NCBI RefSeq assembly: GCF_001194135.2
Contig: NC_068984.1
Span: 55,819,571-55,883,570 of the forward strand
From: Octopus bimaculoides
Taxonomy: Eukaryota
DNA: 64,000 nucleotides
Direction of reading: 5' to 3'
The notes beneath the pieces are model-generated. The model was not told the DNA's origin, did no database searches, and was given only the letters and a program-made list of their open reading frames with translations. The number at the start of each line of letters is the position of its first letter. The stretch's first letter is position 1. Positions 40,070 to 53,540 of this stretch are shown piece after piece. Position numbers and translations under genes: made by a program.

Positions 40070-41889
40070 NNNNNNNNNNTGTGTGTGTGTATGTGTGTGT
40101 GTGAAGGTGTGTATCTGCTTGTGACATCGTGCGGCAGGGTAAAACAAGGTACACTATGAAAGCAAAAGAAAGATATGCCAATTATTCAATTTAATTTTCC
40201 GCACTTGTAGTGGATACTAATTGTTCTGAATATTCTAGAAACCGGCTCAGTGCATTGTGAGAAAAAATAAACTTTACTCCATAAGAATTAAATAAATATA
40301 TATTGGATGCTAGATTGCAAAGCATCAATCCAAATTTACATTCATAAACCATTTATGAAAACTTTAACAATCTACAATTTCAGAACTACTGATCTCTCTA
40401 GGAATTTTATATTCCGATATATCCTTGACACAAATCAACACATGATGTTATTTGATGTTTACTACAAGTGGATTAAGTGGAATAGCACGCATAACCTCTA
40501 TGTTAACCTTCTATAACACATATCTGTTGAGCCACATGCTGAAATATTTAACATAATCATTCATTTGATTAAACATTTGTTTATTTGTGTTACTTTGTCT
40601 GAGTAAAGAGATTATAGTTGGTGGAAAGGAATTTTTATATCATCAATTTAACTAACCAATTACTTTAACTCAACAGTTTTCTTCTTCCCAACGAAGTGAT
40701 TTGTTTTAGAATTTTGATTGGCACTAATATTACTTGTCACTGTTTCTGATTATTTAAGTGTTAAATGGTATTATCAACAATTCGTTTATTTGGCAACGAA
40801 TTACAAAGCAAATATTTTGTAGAGAAGAAAGAAGCAGTCAATTAAATCGACACGAAAATTAATAGTATTTCTTCCTAGACCCCACATTGAGAGATTAAAA
40901 GCAAGGTCAACCAAACCGTGAACTGGACTGGAATTCCTTAAACTGAGATTCTAGACTGTGTGTCAGTTTCTTTTTAGTAATGAGTCTCTTGCTTGTCGGT
41001 ATTCATCACTGGTATCACTAATATTCGTTTTAACATTCATAGGAGTTGCAGAAATGTCACAGCTCGGATCATTTCTCTAAATTCTGAATTCAAATCCAAT
41101 GGAGGTTATCTTTGACTTTTCACGCCGGTAAAACATGTTAGACTTACACAGTGGGATCGATTAATTTGACTAAATCATAGTCTTTAAATGCTGTGATTGT
41201 TTGCTAAGATATAAATCGGGAAAATGAATTTTGATGTTTGGCATCTGAGAACGGGCAAGTTATGGCATTTATTTTATTTCTTGTGTTACCTCGATGTTCT
41301 GAAACCAATGCCCACATTGACTTTCAGCTAAATGGAATCATTAAAAATATCTTAATGGACTTGAGCCAACTCAATCACTGACTGTTGCACTCAGCATAAA
41401 TGTAATTATTTCTTATCAAAAAAAAAATGCTAATTAGCCAGATTTCTTATATATGTTCACAAGAATAATGAAGAAAACCTCACACATCAAAAGATAAACA
41501 AGAAAGTCTGTAATGTTAAATTGTGATGTCGGTGTCTTCTTCTTGAAAGGCATCAACATCGCAATTTCACAATCCCTCATTTGAAAAATTGATAATTCTT
41601 GCTTTTATAACGAAAAGCATATATTGATCAAGATAAGCCTAATTTGTTGCCCTGTTTAACACCACCACTTAGTTCTGACTGCTTTTTATGGAGTCCACCC
41701 TGTTGTAAGTATTCAAACTATATCTTCAGTTTGGGGATAGCTAAGTGTATTCACTGCTTCCTAAATCAGAAACTCTTGAGCTGTTTATTTCCTCCCATCC
41801 ACACCCCATTCTCAAAGGTTCTGCAAAATTTAAGTGTGTTGTTTTTCTTCCTCTGACTGAGCTGTAAAAATATCCTTCATTAAAATGAA

Positions 41890-41909
41890 TGCGTGCACGC
41901 GTGCATGTG

Positions 41910-41959
<50 letters not shown>

Positions 41960-41973
41960 TTGTGTGTGTATGC

Positions 41974-42017
<44 letters not shown>
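41890..42017. repeat. (GT)n microsatellite
   Basis: Read directly. Confidence 0.95.
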
Positions 42018-42019
<2 letters not shown>

Positions 42020-42940
42020 AAGTAAGAATTCTAGAGAGAGAATTTCTTATCTTTGCCCGATATAAATAGGCTGCTGTTTTTATCTATCAAATTCTGAAGT
42101 CGGAATATTGTAAAATGCACAAATGCAAGGCAAATTGTTAGATTGATATTACTACCTATGCAAAATTGTTGCTAAATCTACGTTACAGAAAATGCAGATA
42201 AAATTAGCAAAGAAATTGATACTTATTAACCGGCGAGCAGAATCTTTTAAAATGTAATATGAAATTGCTGATAACAAATAGCAAGAATAGTTTGCGTGAC
42301 AGAATACCCGCTTCCTCGATATCTATATTGTTAATAAACACACAAGAGTTTTATATAACTCTGTTCTCATACGTAACACAGAGCAAAATGCACCTGGCTT
42401 GGTATTTTTCCAATAAATATTTAGAAATAGAAATCCAATTGAAAATTAATAACAATCAATTTACAATAGAAAGAACTTTAGTTTCTTTGAAAATTGAATT
42501 ATAATATTAAAAACATAATTCTATTCACACAGAGCAATATCTTTTTAAGGAAGTATTTCTGATATTCATGACTCACAAAACATTCTAGTTTTTCTATCTT
42601 CGCTCTGTAAATCTATTTACACTGTAGCTTCGATAACTTCAAATATCTAACTTATTTTAAATGAATATTTCAATCTACACCATCAATACTGCAAATTAAT
42701 CCGAACTTTGTTATATTTTTTATCAAACATAAAAGAAAGTTTGCTTGCATGTGTTCTTTTTAATATGTTACTAATATCAGTTGAATAAAGCATTTTGTAG
42801 TGTGAACGTTAATTAAATACCTTAGATTTGCTGAGCAATCACACATCTGTGATATGTGAATGTACCCCACCACATACACGCACATATATGTATATATATG
42901 CATATTGATATATATGTATGCGTGTGAGAGAGTATATACA

Positions 42941-42982
<42 letters not shown>

Positions 42983-43384
42983 AAGTATGGGGGTTTAGTC
43001 CACAGGTTATCTAAACGAATAGGTACGGTAGGTAAGTGCTGTAACGGATTACTAGGGCTCCAAAGTTACAGCCGAGACGGTAGTTATGGAGCCATTGTAA
43101 ATTTCCGATAGAGCGGATATATAATTGTTAAAGAGGACAACAAACGTTAAGGCAAGGCAAACATCTCAAGTCATATACATTATTATTACAGGAAAAAATT
43201 CAAAGTCTTACAGCTGTTTCTGGGATATACCATACTTTGAATATCCAAAAACAGTTGTTAGACTTTGAATTTTTTCCAGTAATAATAATGTATATGACTC
43301 GAGATGTTTGCCTTGCATTAACGCTTGTTGTCTTCTTTAAGAATTATACACACACACACACATATATATATATGTATGTGTGTG

Positions 43385-43423
<39 letters not shown>

Positions 43424-44057
43424 GTGTGCGTGTGTGTGTGCGCGCGTGTGTGTGTGATTACATCTGAACTAGCGAATACTTAGAAGTACATAAACATCAT
43501 TGGTGTAATTATCATGATTTCAAATGAAATCAGAGAAGGTTGGATATAGTTTTAAAAGATTGTTCTTACTAATTTCAAATAATAAGATGGCCAATTTTCA
43601 AGCAAAAAGTAATGAAATTCCAAATATATGAACGGCAAGAGAAATAAACAAGTAGCTTTATTTCCCATGCTTTCAGAATTATTAAGGCCTTGAGGATAAT
43701 CAAATTAAATATGAAATAAACATAACGCATTAATTTTAAAACACTCCTTCAATATGTTCAGAGAAACTTTACCTTTTAAGGGAAATATTTTGCAGATTAA
43801 TCAAGTTTGAAACTTAGAGTGTTTTTCTTCTAAATCTTTAAAGTAAGTGTAGCTATACGCGTAAATACAGTTTGCCTGACAATCAGATTTGAGAACAGAT
43901 AAGATCCTATATGAAAGTTAATCAAAGGGGGGGGATGTTCTATGCGGATCGTATCGAAACATCCCTACTGAGGATAAGTTCATTAAACTTATGCTACGAG
44001 ATTCGACCGAGTTTCAACAGTCAAATATCAATAAATCCAAGAACTCTTTATACTCAC

Positions 44058-44093
44058 GCAAATCCAGTTGTCTTGTTCAGCTTCATTAACAGC
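44058..44093 (-). CDS. Candidate 36-nt frame-preserving micro-exon (AVNEAEQDNWIC or LLMKLNKTTGF)
   Basis: Acceptor TGTCTCGATTTCTTGCAG and donor GTGAGT on the minus strand, with two open frames. No neighbouring exon identified. Confidence 0.25.
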
Positions 44094-44379
44094 CTGCAAG
44101 AAATCGAGACAGTTTCATTATTCCATGACCTAGATTATACCAAAATCAATAAGATCGTTGAATTCATAGATTGTAAATAAAGCACAAAAGCATTCCTTAA
44201 ATGACCTAAATTCATAGTATGAAGGTCACCTCACTCAAAGTCAAGAAATATAAATCAGGATTTGAAAGTTCCCATATATTGTAAGCATCATACAACCAAA
44301 GAAGACAAAATCACCATTGAGTCGAAAACACTGTCCTCTCTATGATGATCTATTACGACAGTCAGACGGACAAAGGAAC

Positions 44380-44458
<79 letters not shown>

Positions 44459-45294
44459 GATACATACATATCTACCTACATACATACGTATGCCGTACAC
44501 ACAGGCCAACAGACATACCTCTATCATTGAACCTGGACCTGTCGGCTAGCTAGATATGTACGTCAACCTATGCTTAAATATTTTTTGACAGTTTACTTAA
44601 TAGTGTCCTTGTCATAATTTCTTTCAAGCCACCGTTATTTCACTACTACTTATTCATCAACGAATCGGAGTTACCTTTAAAATCCCACTAAAGAATACTG
44701 TTTTTTCATGTCTGAAATATTAACGCAACAATCAACAACCATGTTTCTTTTGCATGAGAAGACCCAACCTCAGCAAATATAAGATATGTTCTTCTTGGAA
44801 CATAACTATAATAAAATTCAAGCATCATCTCTCGATTAAATTATTTTAGCGAGGGGAGGTAATTACGAAGCTCATTAATTATGGAAAAATATCAGAGCCC
44901 ACATTAGCATAAATTTCAGTGAAAAATTCTTAAAATAATAGAGTAATACTGATATAATTACAGGCTGTTTCTGACTTGAAAGCTAAAATCATTGATTAAC
45001 GTGTATTCTGGATCAAAGAGATATGGATTATCCAACATTGACGCAAAACTTTGGTTCTGAAACGTTTCAGAAAGTAAAACTAAAGCATCAAAAGAGATTA
45101 TTAATTTAGGTTATTTCTGTGACACTTAATTAATTCAATGATCTATCAGATTTACGCGTAAGACACGCAGATTTTTATATAAATGTTCATACATAGACAC
45201 AAACATATGTATGTACATGTTTCTTTTTATCTGTGCGTGTGTATGCCGCAGACTACGTGTTTAAATAACGTAATGTATGTATAAACGTATAATG

Positions 45295-45506
45295 GTTTCA
45301 AATTTTGGCACAAGGGCAGAAATTTCGAGGAACGGATAAATCGATCACATCGACTCCAGTGTTCTACTGGTACTTATTTTATTGACTCAGAAAGAATGAA
45401 AGCCAAAGCCAACCTCGGCTGAATTTGAACTCAGAATATGAAGACAGACGAAATGCCACTAAGCATTTTGCCTGGCGTGCTAACGATTCTGTTGGCTCAC
45501 CGCCTC
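45295..45506 (-). mobile_element. SINE type B
   Basis: Near-collinear with 5070-5281. Confidence 0.85.
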
Positions 45507-47434
45507 GTATATAAATTTATAACATTGAATACGTGGCTATCTGTATATAAGTATGTGCATAATGTGCTCATCTGTGTGTGTGTATGTGAATGTTATGCAT
45601 TTATGTATAAACATGTTTAAATATATATATATATATATATACAGCGAGTGGTGGATAGCAAAACATTCTCTTCACATTAATCACATTCGCAAGTCTGAAT
45701 TCCTTCCTTAAAAGATGTCCAACTTCCTTACCCGCACCACAAAATTAGGGTTTTCATGACCAATTGAAANNNNNNNNNNNNNNNNNNNNNNNNNNNNNNN
45801 NNNNNNNNNNNNNNNNNNNNNNNNNNNNNNNNNNNNNNNNNNNNNNNNNNNNNNNNNNNNNNNNNNNNNNNNNNNNNNNNNNNNNNNNNNNNNNNNNATA
45901 TATATGTACGAATGTTTGTAAGTGTACGAGTGCGTATGCATGACTTACATCTGAAGCATTACGCAGAAAGTTTAAAAAGAATATCATATTTATATTGACA
46001 AGATTATAACACAATGACTTATTTTTGCCAGATGTAGTTCCATCAGAGCGTCGGAGCCACAGCCTATGAAACGTCGAAGTCACTATCACTATTTTTCTTT
46101 AATGCATGTATGTATTCAATCATCACTAACGAACTTCTAATCGGAAACAACAAAGTGTAATCAATGGATTCAAATTCAAGACCCAATAAGTGTTTGTCCG
46201 CAGTTTTATACACACATAATCATTTACACAGTTTTTATGTATTCATCATTTTTGTTTAACCCTGGAACAGCATAGTCCGTTGCATCTCTCATGTCTTCAA
46301 AGCGTTAAGGTGCGATCACTGGAAAGTCCATTTGATATTTACAACAGGTAGAGCGAAAACGAAGAGGTGTCTGTATGTGCCGTCTTGTGTAGTATTTGGT
46401 GTTGTTTGCGGCATCATCTTTGGTCCTATTTCCGTTGTCACTCCCGATCAACTCGGTGAAGTAGCTTTGACCATTTTGTCATTATACTAGTAAGACGACT
46501 ACACTATATAAAGTGTCCTTTCTATGTTTAAAGAGGTAGAGTGTAATATGATAAAGATATGGTGCATATTTCTAGTAGGTGAAGCGACTATATAATTATT
46601 GTTGATTTGTCTAGATCACACTTAATCAAGAGTATTTTTGGCCAAAGACTTTCCAGTCTTGAACATTCTATTTTATTTCCAAACGTATTATCTCCAGACC
46701 TATATCATATAATATGTTCGGTAATGCAGCAGGGTTGGTTTTCAGTGAGATTTGGCTGGTATTGTTTGAAGCTAATTCTTTTTCAAAGGTAAACATTGGC
46801 TCATTTTTACCTGGTAGGTAAAGGAAAATTTAATCCTTAAAAGCATCTCTTTTTGTCAAAACAGTTGTTTGTGTTTCGTTCTTCTGGTAATAGAACAGAA
46901 TTTAACTTCAATAACAACAGTGTTCAGTGCCAAATTGTATGTATTTTTAAACAACTGAACGATCTCCTGAGATAAGAGAAAAAGAATAATATAATGTATA
47001 TGTATGTTAATATCTAAGAATGCATCAAAATTGCGTTCCTATGGATCATGTGCGAGATATCCTGTGTTGTTCAAACATAAAATCAAAAAACAAGCAAAGC
47101 CAGAGTTTCTCTCTCGTTGACTCGTCTCATGAGAGGTCTTTTCTGGTGGCACATTCTCATCTAGATTTGATTAATTAGAACCACCACATTCAGTGACCAT
47201 GCTCTGGGATTTATATTGTTGATATTCAGCAATAATTTGTTTCATGGATTTCCAGTTATGATGGAGACTTGCCGCTGTTAGTTATAGGATAAATAAATGA
47301 AACCAGAAGTAATCTCCAAGCTAGTGCTTTCATAATGTTTGAAGACTATACGTAGATACGCAAATACACACACACACACACATATACACATACACCCACA
47401 CATACATGCACACACACACGTAGACACACATATG

Positions 47435-48263
47435 CAGGTTGTGATGGGTAAATTGTGGCTATTTTATATTTTTATTTTGCGCATGCGCTTTGTTTGTTTG
47501 ATTTTGTCAACTACACAAAATAGTAGGGTCAACGGGGCACCGTCTGTAAGAAAAACAGCATCATGACGCAATTCACTCTGAGAGCGATTTGGAAATGACA
47601 CGCTGTACTGTTTGACATTCGCACCGAAAGCTTCAATACGAACATTTCAGAGTGTTTGGGTGTCAATATGAGGACATGTACCGAGAATGATAAAATTCAA
47701 ACTTCCAGTCAACATTATGATATTTGGAGTGATCACTAGTGATGGCGACGTTATGCCTCCATTCATCTTCCCGCGCCGCCTCAAACTCAATACGGAGGCC
47801 TACATCAAGTGCCTGGAGGAGGTAGTATTGCCCTGGATCAAGAGGGTTGCTGATAGAAGACCCTATGTCTGGCAACAGGACTCTGCACAATACCGCACAA
47901 GCAGGAGAGCCCAGTCATAGCTCTGACCACCTAACTCACCAGACTGCAACCCCTTGATTATTATGTGTGGGGTGCAGTTGGGTGAGAGACCAACAAAACT
48001 CTTTGTGACACCAAAGATGAACTGAAGGCAAGATTTATGGCAGCATTCACCAACTTAAGAAGACCGTCCAGAAGAGTTGCAGGAGATTCCAAAGTCATCT
48101 ACAGACCGTAGCAGAAGCGAATGGCGATTTTATTGAATGAATTTACTGTTTAGTGTTCCAAGATATTTTTATGCAATTTTGGTAGATATATCTGTTAAAA
48201 TGAGATGTCAGTTTTATATTCATTTTTGCGCAATTTTGACGACAATTTATTCACTGCACCCTG
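47435..48263 (+). mobile_element. maT (DD37D) non-autonomous element with both ends present, about 830 bp
   Basis: Left end CAGGTTGTGATGGGTAAATTGT; right terminal repeat GACAATTTATTCACTGCACCCTG followed by TA. ORF IMIFGVITSDGDVMPPFIFP...YVWQQDSA, then PPNSPDCNPLDYYVWG in another frame. Confidence 0.9.
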
Positions 48264-48386
48264 TATATATATGTATATGTGTACATATTTAGTTATGAGT
48301 TTTCGTAATGTATGTATTTGCACGCTAGCATGCATGAATGTATCACAGACAGATAGACAGACAGACAGTAAGATAGATAGACAGAC

Positions 48387-48437
<51 letters not shown>

Positions 48438-48614
48438 GAAAGAGATAGAGAGATAGAGAGATAGAGAGATAGAGAGATAGAGAGAGATGTAGGCAAGAAG
48501 AAGATTTAGGGAGTGTGAGTAAAATAGAAATACAGAATATAAATTTTCTATTATACACACAAATCACACACATATATATACTCATATACATGCATACACA
48601 AATGCGTACACATC

Positions 48615-49231
48615 TGTATGTATATTTGCTTATATATGTGAGTCTGCACCTGTGTATTGGCACGCGTATGTGTGTAATATGATCTTAGGGCAAATAGGAA
48701 ATAAAGAAACACGTGTGGTTTTGAAGAGATGAAATATTGCAACAGTCTGCATCCTCAACAATTTTTGGCGCCCCATCGTTAGTTTAATTAATTAATGAAA
48801 CGTGAACGACAATAAAAGTGTTATCTCCGACAATATTCTCTTGAAGCACTGTAAATGATATCAAAGATTATTGTATTATGGAAGTTTACTGTTTTTAACC
48901 TCTGATCAACATTCATTGGTCAGGCCTTTGAGCTAAGGCTTTTGCTCACGACCAACTCCCCGTTGTGGGAATATGAAGTATGTTATATAAGCGTAAGAGT
49001 GACATTTGAGGATGATTTAACTCTTATGTCCAGTAATTCTTACAGGCACTTCTGTAGAATCATTTTTGTTCATTATAATGTATGTATATTTGCTTATATA
49101 TGTGAGTCTGCACCTGTGTATTGGCACGCGTATGTGTGTAATATGATCTTAGGGCAAATAGGAAATAAAGAAACACGTGTGGTTTTGAAGAGATGAAATA
49201 TTGCAACAGTCTGCATCCTCAACAATTTTTG
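48615..49231 (+). repeat. Identical 153-bp direct repeat (48615-48767 and 49079-49231) around a 311-bp spacer
   Basis: Base-by-base identity by eye. Confidence 0.92.
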
Positions 49232-49393
49232 AAGAATATAAATGGAAATGTACTACTCACCTTTGTTGCATTTAATACCAAAGTCAATATGTATGTGTCT
49301 GTATGTAGATGCATAAATGTATGCATGCATGTATGTGCGTATATATACATATATATGTGCGTGTGTTTGCACATATACATACACATACATATA

Positions 49394-49528
49394 GGCGCAG
49401 AAGTGGCTGTGTTCCGAGTTCAATTCCACTGCGTGACACCTTGGGCAAGTGTTTTCTACTATAGCCTCGGGCCGACCAAAGCCTTGTGAGTGGATTTGGT
49501 AGACGATGGAAACTGAAAGAAGCCCATC

Positions 49529-49530
<2 letters not shown>
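49394..49530 (+). mobile_element. SINE type A head and body, relatively young
   Basis: GGCGCAGAAGTGGCTGTG...CACCTTGGGCAAGTGTTTTCTACTATAGCCTCGGGCCGACCAAAGCCTTGTGAGTGGATTTGGTAGACG. Confidence 0.9.
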
Positions 49531-49564
<34 letters not shown>

Positions 49565-49863
49565 NNNNNNNNNNNNNNNNNNNNNNNNNNNNNNNNNNNN
49601 NNNNNNNNNNNNNNNNNNACGGAGATGTACTTGCATAGCAAGCGACCTGATCTGAGATCGTGTGCTGGAACGAAAACAGTTGCAGCGTGGAAGGTGTTTA
49701 TAAACCATTTAAGAAATACATAAAAACCGTTAGATTCACTTGAATATTTAAATTGAATTTGCCAAAATATTTTCGCCGCTTTGAGACCGCGACCTGTTCA
49801 CTGACAAAATTCCGTGCTGCATCTGAGAAAGTAACAGTTAGTTCATGATATATATGTATGTAC

Positions 49864-49894
<31 letters not shown>

Positions 49895-51899
49895 TGTATG
49901 TATGTGCGTATGCATTTGTGTACATGCGTATGCATGTGTGCATGCCTATACGCATGTATGTATGTATGTATGTATGTACTTATGGTTGTACGTGAGTAAA
50001 TAGGTAACTGTGTAGACGTGTCTGTGTGTGTGTACATGTGTATGTACATGTGAACGTATGTTTATGTACTGATATGTATGTCTGTTCAAGTTGTATACAT
50101 GTTGTATAAAGTAACAGTAATGTTAACCAATATTTTGCGTGTGGAAGAATTTCACTGAATTACTGTGAAAAATCATAAATATCGCAACATCCAACAAAAA
50201 TTCATAATTTTTTTTTTCTTTTTGATATATCACTGAAAGCAGCCTGTAATGTTGAAACATTCATATTTTTGACTTTCTTGTTGCATGAAAAACATTGACA
50301 TAAAAAAATAAGAAGCGATATTACTCGGAACATGACACTCCACTTCACTAAAGGAGCCTACGGCTTTCAATATTTACATTACTTAATTTATTGACTCCTG
50401 AGTAATTTTTAAGTTGCAAACCAAAGTTATTGTTTAACAGAATACTGTTAAGCGCCATGCTGAGTTCTCTACAGATTTTAAGAAATTCATTAAAATTTCT
50501 AATTTCCGCTTACAAACAACATTAAAATAGTCACAAATTTATTTTAACACACATGAGAAAATTTCGATACACGGTTGCTGCTTACAGCTGGAGAAAATTC
50601 AAAAAACGTTAATTTAACAAAAAAATATTTAACTACTATGACGTCACTGTTGGTATTATACAAAGAAATTTTAGAATATAGAAAACTAAATGCTATCTGG
50701 CATACAAAGGACTCTTCTAGACGGCCTCTTGGCTTGCTAGAAATGACCGTCATGCCCCATGGTTCTAACACTTAGGAAAAACGGGATGGTCACGACAGGA
50801 ATATTCGATCAACTCTAACTGACATTAACAAACTGACTGCTATAACGTATAAGAATTTTATAATCTCGAGGTGTTTAAATTTTTTAAACATTTATGCTGT
50901 AAAAAGAAAGCATCCATTTTCTAAAAGAAATTGTTTTTCGGAATTGTGTTTCCATCATGAAAACATTTCAATCAATTAACATTTCTCTTTTGGTTTGTCT
51001 TTGCTTTTTAGTTTTAAGTTTGCTTTTCTTTCTTACGTGTTTTCTGCACTTAATAGTTCGCATTTGATCGATACATGCCAGCCTCATCAAGAATTGGTCC
51101 TTTACTTTCATCTCAACTATCATCTCTTTCATTACTTCATATCACTAACTTTCCACCCTATACCTACCCAAACAACATCACTTTCTCCTTTTTTCGATCT
51201 GTATTTTGTTTAGTAATTATTTTTGTTTTATATTGTTTTTTGTTTTTTTTTCTTCATTTCCTCCCAGCAGTTGTTTGTTACTCTTCATTACGTTTTTCAT
51301 ACTTTTCCGTACATTTTGATACTTCTCTGTGCAGTTTTTCTCGCTACCTCTCCTTATCCACTGCCTTCAGAAATTAATTCTTACTCTTCATATGCTACTA
51401 CTATACATTGATACACACTACTTCTCTCTTTTGCGATTTTTTCTAGTCTTTTCCATTGTCTTCTGACGTTTCTTTTTTTTTATTTGTAAATTCCATTCCA
51501 CGATGTTCACCTCTTTACCTTTTCTTTTTCTTTATATTCTTCATTCTCACACGCTTTGTCATTCATCACACTTTCTTTCTCATTAATTTTTTTTCCTCTC
51601 TGTGTCTCTCTCTAACTGCCTTTCTTTCGCATTTTATGCCTCTTTCCCCGTTCTCTTTTTCATTCTCTTTTTTCTTTGTGTATATGTGTGTGTGTGTTTA
51701 TATACATATATACAAACACATACACGCATATACACATATAAAAGTCAATGTGAGCATTTCCATGTTGCACTACTCTGTACCTAGGTAGCTGAAATTTTCC
51801 ATAGGTACGCATCTGTTCAAGTAAAAGATCACAGACTATGAAACCTTCCCTGAAATTTGTTCGTTTTAAAGCATAACAGATATTGTTTGCTCCCAACGC

Positions 51900-52430
51900 A
51901 AGTATAGCAACAAATACTGGAAAAATGATATATTTTTATCTTTTACATGTCTCACTCGTTGGACAGCGATTATGCTGAGGCACCATCTAGAGAATGGTTT
52001 AGTCGAACAAAACGTCCCCGTATTTATTATTTTTTTAAAGTCTGGTAGTTTGCTAGTCGGCTTCTTTTGCCAAGCCGCTACGCTATAGGGGCAAATAGAA
52101 AAACCACACTGGTTGTCAAGCTGTGATGGGAGGCAAATACAACCAGAGACACACACACACACAACCACACACACACACACAAACACACACACAAACACAC
52201 ACACACACACACACAAATACATTCATACATATAAACATACGTGTGTGTGTGTGTGTGTGTGTGTGGTTGTGTGTAAAATTATATTGTACAGGCTCCATCA
52301 ACCATATTCCTTCAAAAGGCATTGCTCAAACTGGGGTTATAATAGAAGATACGTGCAGCAGGTGTCACGCAGTGAGACTGAATCCGAAACCACGTGATAG
52401 CAAAACGAGATTCTTAACTATAAAGCTATG
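51900..52430 (-). mobile_element. SINE type A with an expanded internal (CA)n
   Basis: Antisense tail at 51900-52140 and antisense head at about 52290-52430. Confidence 0.7.
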
Positions 52431-53124
52431 CTTCGTCTATAATTATATAATTATTATTTTTATAGTAATTATATAAATTACTTTAATTTTTAAAAATGTA
52501 TTTTTATCTCCGAAATAAAAAAAAGTATAGGAATCAAAGTTTATTTTCAGTTCTGGTAGCGTTTATTTCGAGCATTTTATAAATCTCAAATTAAACAGTT
52601 CTAAATTGCTTGGAGTGAATCAACCTACCTAGACTAAATGAAGTTATAGAAAATATAACAAAGTAAACTAGACACATGCAGCGCATTATAGCTGGTATAT
52701 ATATAATCAAAATAAACAACAAGGATATCCAGAGGTAATGCAGTACGATCGTTTCATGCAACTCCATTTAATTGAACAATGCAATCATTACATCAGTTGA
52801 AAAGCAGAGTAATCCTCAGCTGCACAAAGACATACAATTTAATTAAATTAAAACAGATGGACACATTAGTATAATTATACCTAAAATCTCCAAGAAGTTA
52901 AGGAGATAGACAAAGAACATGCTGCCTTCACTCCAGCATAGAAGTTACTAAGGAATCAAAAAGATATACATTTTTACAGACTCTGCCTGTCACTGATTTT
53001 TTTTTGTTTGTTTTTATGGGGTCAATTTTAATTTATAGACTAGTTTATCAAATCCTTGTATATCTAAGGCTATACATATATATATATATATATGTATAGC
53101 CTTAGATATACAAGNNNNNNNNNN

Positions 53125-53270
53125 CAGACGAGGACAGGTGGTGTAAATAACAAAAGTATATATTAGTATGACGCTCGGGAATACGGAAAGTCTTTGACGT
53201 TTCGAGCTACGCTCTTCAACAGAAAGAATACGGAGACAAGGAGAAAAACACGGAGAAAAAAAATTGAATA
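53125..53270 (-). mobile_element. Penelope-like terminal-repeat fragment carrying a hammerhead motif
   Basis: Contains the hammerhead motif at 53191-53227 and starts at an N-gap next to (TA)n. The family assignment is inferred from the hammerhead type. Confidence 0.55.
53191..53227 (-). ncRNA. Minimal type I hammerhead ribozyme motif (Penelope type), core variant CUGUUGA
   Basis: Minus strand reads TCTTT CTGTTGA A GAGC-GTA-GCTC GAAA CG TC AAAGA: 5-bp helix I, 4-bp helix II, palindromic ACGT helix III, predicted GUC cleavage triplet. Confidence 0.7.
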
Positions 53271-53289
53271 GTGTTCAGTCAATAAAAAA

Positions 53290-53540
53290 TGTAGAGTTCT
53301 TTCCCGAGTCATATTGGCTCATATGGCCGGTTGCCCCGGTTTCTATGGCGTATATATTTCCCACCTGGACGGGACGCCGGTCCATCGCAGAATTACTCAT
53401 TTTTACCAGCTGTATAGATTGGGTCAACGTTAAATAAAGAGTTCTGCTGAAGAACACAATGCATCACTCGGTCCTGGAATCGAAACCACAATCTTACCAC
53501 CATGAGTCCAACACTCTAACCACTAAGCCACTCGCCTCCA
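53290..53540 (-). mobile_element. tRNA-derived SINE type C with a V-domain-like core
   Basis: Minus strand GATGGACCGGCGTCCCGTCCAGG resembles the V-SINE central domain. Head GGAGGCGAGTGGCTTAGTGGTTAGAG...GGTTTCGATTCC carries A- and B-box-like motifs. Confidence 0.7.

Noticed and set aside
43911-44180. 89-aa plus-strand ORF as a gene
   Set aside because: It has no recognisable domain or supporting signals; the antisense micro-exon is the better-supported signal here.
46015-46085. GAAACGTC motif with upstream CAGATGT as a hammerhead
   Set aside because: The core has two mismatches and helix II does not pair convincingly.
53055-53114. Perfect 60-bp palindrome centred on (TA)n
   Set aside because: It ends exactly at an N-gap and is centred on a self-complementary repeat, so it is most likely a strand-flip assembly artefact.
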